DNA of 62,127 bases, counting the filler. It is 6 parts of 6 records of this genome, joined end to end, with 100 filler letters (N's around TTAATTAATTAA, not from the genome) between each part and the next. Parts side by side here need not be neighbours in the genome. Positions count along the whole stretch, not along the records: positions 45,514 to 51,918 come from SRR31156797_19069; positions 52,019 to 62,127 come from SRR31156797_19073; 4 more parts are not named here. The stretch is one strand, 5' to 3'. Both the position numbers and the translations under genes were made by a program. Under the pieces are notes generated by a model. That model had not been told where the DNA came from. It saw only the letters and a program-made list of their open reading frames with translations, and made no database searches. Below are positions 50,478 through 59,400 of the stretch, in pieces (the first letter of the stretch is position 1; each line of letters starts with the position of its first letter).

Positions 50478-50499
50478 TCCTCTTTTTTGTTCTATCTTT

Positions 50500-50528
50500 G
50501 GGCTATCTTCGGATGGCCCTTTTTTTTG
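50500..50528 (+). terminator. Terminator after rpsU
   Basis: GGGCTATC-TTCG-GATGGCCC followed by T8. Confidence 0.85.
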
Positions 50529-50530
50529 AT

Positions 50531-51082
50531 TCAGTAAAAATTCCTAAAGAATTCAGGTCGATGGAAATCGGGCTTTCTGGTATTGATATCAAAAAGGCTC
50601 ATATAGTGTTTATGTGGAGATATGTCTGCGCATTTATAAATGTTAAAAGATAATAAATTCAGACAGTTAATCTCTTTTTTTGAAAAGATTGAAAAAGGTA
50701 GAAGAATTTCAATATTCCACTTGGTTTGCTCATTTCTAAGCTCAAAAGACTCGCTCCCAAGACTGCTTTTAACAGTGATCTTTTCTAAGATGTTACTTTT
50801 AAGAAAAGCTCTATCTTTTCTATTTTTGCCGTACTGTCCTAGCACAGCTCCAATGGCGTTTATTTCAAAGTTGTAGTAATTTTCGCCATCAAAAGAGCAG
50901 AAGAATTCAACACAACTATCCTGCCAGACAGGAGAGTTAAACTCCTTATTTGTGGCGATCACAGAGGGTTCAATAATTTTAAACTTAAGAAGAAAGTTCG
51001 TAGAATTAATCTCAAATGATCCTGAAACTTTAAGATCTTTTGTCGGTTTAGACGACCAACGCTCAGTGAGGGAAAAATCCAA
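50531..51082 (-). CDS. Carbohydrate-binding family 9-like (DOMON-like) protein
   Basis: VWQDSCVEFF, YYNFEINAIG, NIYKCAD, PDFHRPEFF. Confidence 0.85.
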   Translation of the reverse strand: MDFSLTERWSSKPTKDLKVSGSFEINSTNFLLKFKIIEPSVIATNKEFNSPVWQDSCVEFFCSFDGENYYNFEINAIGAVLGQYGKNRKDRAFLKSNILEKITVKSSLGSESFELRNEQTKWNIEILLPFSIFSKKEINCLNLLSFNIYKCADISPHKHYMSLFDINTRKPDFHRPEFFRNFY

Positions 51083-51580
51083 TCAGTTTTCCAGTTTTGA
51101 TTTTATGTAATTTGAAAGGCCGCCTTTTTGCATGATCTGATCAACTTCGGGAGGAAGCGGCGGAAAAGAAACGGTGGATCCGTCAGGAAGAAGAACAGTT
51201 CCTTGTTCAGTATCGATTTCCAAAACATCGCCTTTTTTCACCTTGTCTACAAGACCTTTGATCTCAAGTGCCGGAAGTCCGGCATTAATGCAGTTTCTAA
51301 AATAAATTCTGCTGTATGACTCAGCAATTATAGCTCCCATTTCAAGATATTTAAAGCAGAACGCTGCCTGCTCTCTTGATGATCCGCAACCAAAATTCTT
51401 TCCAGCGATGATAATGTCGCCGGGGCTGACTTCTTTAACAAAGTCAGGGTCTTCATCTTCCATTGCGTGCATTGCTATCTCTTTTGGTTCTGTGACAGTA
51501 TAAGTATATTTCCCGGGGAAGATAACATCCGTATTGATGTCATCGCCATAAACAAAAACTTTTCCTTTTATCACGGTCAT
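51083..51580 (-). CDS. leuD: 3-isopropylmalate/homoaconitate dehydratase small subunit (type 2)
   Basis: GDDINTDVIFPGKY, NFGCGSSREQA, RIYFRNCINAG; GGAGG RBS before MTVIKG. Confidence 0.88.
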   Translation of the reverse strand: MTVIKGKVFVYGDDINTDVIFPGKYTYTVTEPKEIAMHAMEDEDPDFVKEVSPGDIIIAGKNFGCGSSREQAAFCFKYLEMGAIIAESYSRIYFRNCINAGLPALEIKGLVDKVKKGDVLEIDTEQGTVLLPDGSTVSFPPLPPEVDQIMQKGGLSNYIKSKLEN

Positions 51581-51735
51581 AAGAGCCTCCAAAAAAAAAT
51601 AAAAACTACTGAACAATTTAATCTATTTCAAAAATAATTGCAAAGGTTTTATGGTTAGAAAAAAAAGTTTCAGGTTGACATTCAACGACAAGAAACTATC
51701 CTTTTAGGGAGGATCGTTTTTATTCTGGAGGAAGA

Positions 51736-51918
51736 ATGGCTCAGGTGAGGAAACTGCATTTATTACTTATTGTTATCCTTGCAGTTTTTTCCATACTCCT
51801 TCCGCAGGAAAAATCAGCCGTACTTTGTTTTGACGGTGATGGAGACCCCTCAATACGGGAAGCTGGTCATTTTATTTGTAAAGATCTTCATTCTGAGTTT
51901 GAAATATCTGAAGAAGAA
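51736..51918 (+). CDS. Exported hypothetical protein, 3' truncated
   Basis: GGAGG RBS, hydrophobic N-terminus; TTGACA-N16-TATCCT at 51675-51702. Confidence 0.55.
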
Positions 51919-52018
51919 NNNNNNNNNNNNNNNNNNNNNNNNNNNNNNNNNNNNNNNNNNNNTTAATTAATTAANNNNNNNNNNNNNNNNNNNNNNNNNN
52001 NNNNNNNNNNNNNNNNNN
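51919..52018. other. Artificial contig spacer
   Basis: N44-TTAATTAATTAA-N44. Confidence 0.99.
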
Positions 52019-52019
52019 C

Positions 52020-52889
52020 GGTCCCCGGAAATCCGGAACCCAAAAACCCGTAAGTGCACTCTCCTTATCGGTGCTTGAGCCTGAAGAAGTGCCGCGGCTG
52101 AAATCCTTTGCGGCAAACCGACTTCCCCAAAGACTGGTGGAAGACCTTAGGGGGCGTCTCACCTTAAAGCCCACCCTCTCTTTTACAAAGGCCCGATTGG
52201 AAAACAGGCCCTTTCCCATCACCTTCAAAAACGCTCAGATGCAGATGCGGCTCAGCCGATCCCTTCCTTCCATGGACTATTTCCAGACGGATATCATTGG
52301 AGGAACCCTGCTGGGGAGACTGCGCATTCTTGAGCACCATGACCATTACCGCCTTCACATGGACGGGGCATTTTCGGGCCTGGACGCGAACCGGCTGATT
52401 CAGAGGGGTAATGCCGGGAGTCCGGGGGATAAAACAACCGGGGATACCCGGATTTCAGGGCGCATGTGGTTTCAAGTTCCCATCACCGCCCATGCCGGGA
52501 CCGTAATGGGCAACCTGGACGCGGTATTTCGGTTGACCCACATCGGTGCCCGAACCCTGGAGCGGCTGCTCTACGCCATGGACCCCCATGAAAACAATGA
52601 GAGCATGGTCCGGCAGCGGGCCCTGTTGAAAAGAGGAACCCCCCGCTGGATTGAGGTGGTCATCAAGAACGGCAGCCTCTCTTTAACGGGGGAGGTGACC
52701 GTTGCCGGATCCAATATCCGTCTGCCGGCCGTCAAACGCCTGAACATGGCCTCGCTTCCCATTCGACGACAACTTCAAACAGTGGTGGACCGCCTGGTTC
52801 CCCTTCTAAAAGGGTTGAAGATCCTTTCCGCGGACACGCTTCGTGTGGAAAAGGGCGGCGCCATCCATTTTACGGAGGGCGGAAAATGA
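52020..52889 (+). CDS. C-terminal part of a large AsmA/YdbH-like beta-rich envelope protein (5' truncated)
   Basis: Frame is open from the contig start; amphipathic beta-strands (IIGGTLLGRL, FSGLDAN, ISGRM). ATGA overlap with the DUF1318 gene. Family is inferred from composition and synteny. Confidence 0.55.
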   Translation, partial: GPRKSGTQKPVSALSLSVLEPEEVPRLKSFAANRLPQRLVEDLRGRLTLKPTLSFTKARLENRPFPITFKNAQMQMRLSRSLPSMDYFQTDIIGGTLLGRLRILEHHDHYRLHMDGAFSGLDANRLIQRGNAGSPGDKTTGDTRISGRMWFQVPITAHAGTVMGNLDAVFRLTHIGARTLERLLYAMDPHENNESMVRQRALLKRGTPRWIEVVIKNGSLSLTGEVTVAGSNIRLPAVKRLNMASLPIRRQLQTVVDRLVPLLKGLKILSADTLRVEKGGAIHFTEGGK

Positions 52890-53485
52890 AGAAATTCTTT
52901 CTTTTAAGGGGTCTGTTTCCGGTTGTGATCATATCCATCATAGGGGGCTGTACACTGGCCAAGGTGGATGTGAATGTGGTCAGCCAACGGACGGCGCTGG
53001 AAAACCAGGTCCTGGGTTCCTATAACGCCCTTTCAGACGATGTCCTCCTGGTGGCCTCCGTCAGGGGCGTTGACCCCTCGGGGAAAATTAAGACGCCCCC
53101 TCGAAAAAGCCGTGAATACCAAAACGCCGTTACCGCCATGGAGACCCTGGCGTTTCACGGGGACGACGTGGATGCCTTTAAACGGTTGGGCTGGGTGGGT
53201 GAAAACAACTTTGGGTTGCTGACAACTTTTCCCATGAACCGGGAAAAAGCCCCCGATGATCTTGGGGCCTTTGCCGCACGCTTTCCCCGGGATGAGTTCC
53301 TTTCGGTGGTGCAACAGGTGAACCGGGCCCGGGAAACGGTCATGATGCGGGTGGTGGAAACCAATGCGGATTTCACGGAAAAGGACCTGCCCCGAATCAA
53401 AAGGGTGTTTGCGAAACTCAACCGTGAAAAAGCCCTTCCCGGTGAAAAATTGCAGAAGGAGGACGGCTCATGGGTCACGCGGTAG
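52886..53485 (+). CDS. DUF1318 (YdbL-like) lipoprotein
   Basis: Lipobox IIGGC; G.VGENN.GLL, VN..R..., ALPGEKLQ..DGSW as in DUF1318; GGAGGG RBS. Confidence 0.8.
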   Translation: MKKFFLLRGLFPVVIISIIGGCTLAKVDVNVVSQRTALENQVLGSYNALSDDVLLVASVRGVDPSGKIKTPPRKSREYQNAVTAMETLAFHGDDVDAFKRLGWVGENNFGLLTTFPMNREKAPDDLGAFAARFPRDEFLSVVQQVNRARETVMMRVVETNADFTEKDLPRIKRVFAKLNREKALPGEKLQKEDGSWVTR

Positions 53486-56400
53486 CCGGTGGAGGGAAGG
53501 TGCCGGGACGGGCATTCATTGCGGTTCTCTTTCCGGCGGTTTTTGCAATGGTCATTTCATGTGCCGGTCCAAACCCTTCAAAGCCGGCCAAGGATGTCAC
53601 CACGGTGGTGGATTCGGCGGCCATTGGCGAAAAAGATCGTCAACCGCCGCGGCTTCTGCCCGTAAACAGGCCCGTGCAGATCAGTTTTGAGTCGGATCCC
53701 GTTCTCTATGCCGCCATGTCGGGGGATGGCAAAACCTTTGCCCATGTTTTGGAAAATGAGGGAAGATCATCCCTGTGGCTCACTTTGAAGGATCCCCTAG
53801 CCGGGGGACTCCCTCAAAAACGGTTGGAAGGCATGGGCAGAATCTCTGCGCCGACGCTGAACCGGGATGGGGGAGTCCTGGCTTTCACGGCAACGGATTA
53901 TGATGCCAAGGGAGATATCTATGCCCTTTCACGGGATGCTTCAAACCCGTCCCCCCGGCGGCTCACCGGAAGGGATTCGGCCGATGGTGCGCCCACACTA
54001 TCGCCTGACGGGAAACGGATTTATTTTCAGCGGTTGCTCCCCGGCGAAGTGTTGCCGCAACTGGCTGTCATGGATCTGTCCGCCCCCGCGGACAACCGGG
54101 ATATGGAAACCCTGCGGGAAGGGGCCTTTCCCGCCGTCTCCCCAAATGGGGAAAGGCTGGCATTTGTATCTTTCACAGAAGATTCGGGTGGGGACATTTG
54201 GGTGCTCGACCTTGAAAGCGGAGCGGCAAAACCGGTCACCAGCGGTCCTGCCCGGGATCTTTATCCCACCTGGTCCGTGAATGGAAAATGGATCTATTTT
54301 TCCCGGTTTAACGAGGATACCGATGGGGACGGCATCATCAGCGTCATTGATAACGCCCTTATCTGCCGGGCTGCCCCGGAAGAGAAAAATTTAACGGTTT
54401 ATCCTTTGACATCGGGGACTTTTTCCGCCTATCAGCCCATGACAACACCGTCGCGGATCTTTTTCCTTTCCAACATGAACGGCACCGGGAACATCTGGGC
54501 CCTCCCTTTGGGCGGAGAGATTCCTTTGAAGGAAAACGTGCGGGAGCAGATGGCCGTGGCCCGGCTCCTGGCCTCACGCCTCCCCCAAGAAGATTCCCTG
54601 GCAGTGCTCGCCTTTTACAAGGTGCTGGAAAACTTTGGAAAAGATGAGAAGGCCAGCGCTGAAGCCGCCCATGAAATCGGAAAGTTGTACCAGCGCATGG
54701 GGCGGAGGGGCCTTGCCATTCAAGCCTATAGAAGAGTAATTCAGGATTTTAAGGATTCCCATCCCGAAAAGGCGCTGGCAGCCATACGATTGACCACACT
54801 TGAGACGGAAAACGACTGGGAAGCGGCGCCCACGGATTTTAAACGAAAAGAGATCCTTCACCAGGCCCTTATTGGCATTCAAAGGATTTCGAACGCTGAA
54901 AACGGACCATCACCCGGTATGAATCCTTTGGATTCAACGCGGATAAAGGCGAGGGCATGGATCGCCCAGTCACGGTTGCTGGGGGATCTGGGTCAGGATG
55001 CCGCATCCTTGGAAAAAGCCATTTCGCTTCTGGACCGTGTGGTAAAAATGCCGGATCTTGCGCCTGGGTTGAAGGCGGAAGCCCTGTTTCAAAAGGCACT
55101 TCAAAGCCGACGCATGGGACGGGCTTCGGCCGTAACGCCCATCTATCTTTCCATCATCACCGGGTACCCCGGCACCCCATGGGCCGATCGTTCCGTTCGG
55201 CGGATCATTGATATGCAACTGTCCGATTCCACCCATGAAAAGGATGAAAATCGGATGCAAGCCCTGGCCCGGCTGGCCGAAACCTATCGGAAAACCGCCC
55301 CCGGACTCTCCATGGGGGCGCTTAACCGAATGGGGGATACGGCGTTTCAGAAAGGAGACTGGCCCCGGGCCAAACGGTGGTACAGGGAAGTTCTGACCCG
55401 GTATTATGACCCGGGTGAATCTTTTCCGAAACATGAACCGCCCCCCGTACAACTGGCGGCGGCCAGGCTGGCGCTGGCTGAAATCCTGTATAGGGAAGAG
55501 CTTTTCCGTCAGGCCCTGGATCTTTATGAAAAGGAAATGGCCTACAGGCCCTATGAGGACCGGTTTTACGGCCTGGCCCGGGCCGCCTATGTTCAAAAAT
55601 CCCTTGCCGCGGCCAATTTCCTGTTCGGTTTGGGAGAGATTCCAGGGGCCCAAAAAATCTACAATGATCTCATCCGGGAAGACCCCCACCTGGTTCAAGC
55701 CCATCGCGGGTACATCAAATGCGCCGCCCCCATGAAACAGATGGAGCCTGTCCTGGCCCGCTATGAAGCGCAACTGGCAAAAGACCCGGATAATCCCGTG
55801 TACCTTTATGCCACGGGTCTCTGCCTTACCTACCTGGAAGGGAAAAAGTCACTGGATAAGGCGCGCGGCCTCATTGAATCAGCCATCCGGAAACAGGGCC
55901 GGAACCCGTACTTTCACCAGACCCTGGGATACATTTTCGAGGTGTCGGAAACCGTTTATGGTGAACCTGAAGGGCTCGAAAAAGCTCTTTTGAGTTACCG
56001 GAAGGCCTCTTTCCTGAACGATCCGGGAGTGGATCCGCAAAACAGCGCCGACCTGGCCCTCAACCTGGGAAACATCCATTTCCTCCTGGGCCAATACGGC
56101 AAGGCCCTCCAGGAGTACCTGAAAAGGCTGGAATCAAATCTCCCCTTTGACCACGAGGATACGGAAATTCTTTTTTACCGTCGCCTGGGGGGCGCCGCCT
56201 TTCAGGTGGATGACCCCGCCGTATCCATTGGCGCTTACACCCGTGCCCTTGAACTCATCTCAAAACGGATCGATCCCGGGCGGGCATCGGAACTGATGGG
56301 AAAGCTCAACACCTATATTTTCGACCGGATACTGACGCCGGCATTGAAGCGGAGCAAGAATGCCGAAAATGTTCAACTGCCGGTTAATCAACAGCGTGAT

Positions 56401-59400
56401 ATCCATAGGGCCCTCTTCAGTGCCACGGAAAAACCTTTTGGCCCTCCTCCGGATCCGCGATGGGAACATTACAAAGAAGCCATGACTTCCATCATGGCCC
56501 GGGAAGAAAAGCTCATTGGGGATATTACCCCATTGATGATGGAGAAAAAAAATGAAACCGAAAAGACACTCTCTTTCATGCTCATGCGGGCCCGGGATGC
56601 CCTCCGGTTTCCCGACCGCATGATAGGGCTCAAGGCCGAGATGCTGGACCGGCTGGGACTGGCGTACCAGGAGGATCGGAAATGGGATCAAGGGGCCCAT
56701 GCATTTGAAGAGGCTTTTCAATTAAACCTTGCCTTGGGAAAGACGCAAAATCTGGCGGCCAACCGACGATCCGTTGCCTACAATACCTATATGGCGGCCG
56801 GGGAACGCGGTGGCGGGGAGAAGGAGCGTCTCCTCAGGGAAGCCCTCAAACAGTTTCAGGAATTGCAGGGGTTGCTGGATCAATACGGGGTGGTGGATCC
56901 TCAGGAGAAAAAGGCTGGGGGCAAAAGGCTTTCAGGCGGGAGCGGCGGCGCCATGCTGAATGTTTCCCTGGATCTGGCCTTTGATAAAACCGCCGGCTCA
57001 CAGGCCGTTTACGGGTTCGACCGGAAGCAGGAAAATCGGTTGGCACAGGCCTTTATTTCCCGGATCGAAACTGAACTGGGCGTTCTGGCGAAAGCCCGGG
57101 CCGCCATTGAGCGGCAGCTTCTGCCCTATGAAAAGAGAAAGACGGTCAGTGATAAAAACCGCTACGGGGTTTCTCTTCTTTTACACCGGGACGGACAGCT
57201 CCGCTTTGCCCTGAGGCAGCCTGAGAAGGCATTTCAATCATTTCAGAGGTCCGCGGAGCTGGCGCTCAAACTCAAAAATCCGGTCAGCGCCGCCATGAAT
57301 GTGGTGAACATGGCCTGGGCACTTTGCCGCATCCCTTCCCATGATCCCGATTATTCGACCTTGAAAAGCCGGCTTTCAGTCCTTGACCGAAAAACCACAA
57401 CACTGTTGAAACGTTCAGAGGAAGTGCTGGATCCGTTGGTGCTGCCGGATTACCACAATAATATGGGCGTTCTGATGTTGGATGATGGGGAACAATCGGT
57501 GCCCTTATCCCCTGAAAGTGCCGCCCGGAACCTGGCCCCTTTGAAGCGGGCGGGGGTCCATTTCAGCAGAGGTCTGGCGGCAATGAAAGGCGTTGAAATG
57601 GCCGGGGGCCCCATGACCCGAAAGGGACTGGCCCTGGAAGCAGCCCTTCAATTGAACCTGGCCCATGTGGCCCTGGCGCTTCATGAGCCGGCCGGCGCCA
57701 AACGTCATGGGGGAAAAGCCCTGGAAATTGCTAAAAAAGGGTTGCTGCCCCAATATGAATGGCGTGCACGGTTACTCCTGGGAGATCTAAAGGGGGCGCT
57801 CAAAACCCTGTGGGCGGTTCCCCTTATGGGTGCGGGCTGCGGGCCCGGAGAGATCCGCACCGCCTTTGCCGGAATGGTCTCTCATCTGATCCGGAAAGAC
57901 GATGCCGAAGGGGCCCTCAATCTCCTTGAAAAACTTTCCGAAATGGAGCGCTTTCAACGAATGGCGCCCATGGTGGCGGCACGGGTCTCCCTTCCCGAAA
58001 GGGCTCTCCTGCTCAAAATCTTTCCAAGGATCATGACCCTTTTCCGCCTCAAAAGGGAATTGAACGGGGCCCAAAAGGTTCAAAAGCGCCACCTGACGGA
58101 ACGCATGGCCCAGGAGCAGGCCCTCCTGGATCAAGCTCTGGGGAAAAGTCCCAAATCATCAAATGTTGGAAGCACCGTGGGCCTGCCCGCGCAGCTGACC
58201 CGTTCAGGGGCCCTGCAGGAGCAGTTGCTGTTTCTTCTGAGTCTCTCCTTTGAAATGGATCGCGTGGCGGATCTGGTGGCGGCGGAAGCCTCCGAAAATG
58301 ACGGCAGCCCCCAAAGAGTACGTCACCGTGAACTTCTGGCCATGTACGGGCGGACATTGAAAGGGATCAAAAAGCTGGCTGCCCGGGAAGGGTCCCCCGG
58401 GGTGGCGGCCCTGTTCGCTCCGTATCCCGTGGAGGCCATGGATCTCATGGAGAACCTGCCCCATAACGGTCGAGCCGTACGGTTTTTTGAAAAGGACCCC
58501 CGGGGAAAGGGTTGGACCGCCTTTGTGGTGACCCCGGATGATATTTTTGTGAAGCCGTTTTCCCCGGATCATGATTTTTCCCGGGGCAAGGGGGATAAAA
58601 ACATCCTCATTTACGAAAACCCCTGGGCCCTCCCCTTTGAAACGGTTTCTCCCGTGGCCCTGAACGCCACCCATCTGGTACGATCGGTGGAGAACCGTAA
58701 ACCCTTCAAAAGAAAGATTATAGAGATCGCCGGTGCATATGATCTCCCGGAAGATTTTAATGTAACCGCACTGCCGGCTTCAGCCGGAAAAGACGAAATA
58801 TCAGATGTTTTGCCGGGAGCCCAGACGCTTTTGCTGGGCGGTCCCGTCTACACCGCCAACACGGTTCCCACAAGACCGAAAGAGGTTCCCGCCTATGGGC
58901 CGGCCATGGGGCTGGACCGGGGGCGGATCCTCCCCCTTTTCCCCCTTTTCCATGAACTTTCCCATGCGTCCCTGGTCATGGCGCCTCAGGCAGCCACCGA
59001 AGAGACTCCCCTGCTCGGGCACCTCTTTTCCCTCATGGGGGTTCCCACCGTGGTACTGCCGCAAAATCCGGTTCGTCATTCCCCGGTGGTAACGCTTTTT
59101 TTTGACGCCTATGGCAAAAACCCGGTCCAGGAAGCGCTCCGGACGGCTGTTCAAAACAAGGGGGAGCGCTGGGTTTCCCTGGGGTACTGGGGGATGACGG
59201 AAAAAGAGGCCCTCGATCTGGCAAACCGGCGTTTCAAGTCATATGTGAAGGAGGGCATGGCATCTTTTAAGAAAAAGGAACCGGTTTATGCCCTCATTTC
59301 TTTTGAAAATGGACTTATGGTGGCCCGGCAAAGGGAGAAACTCTCGCGCTATGAACCGCAGCTTCTGATCTATGCCCGTGAAAGCGCCTATGCCGCCGGC

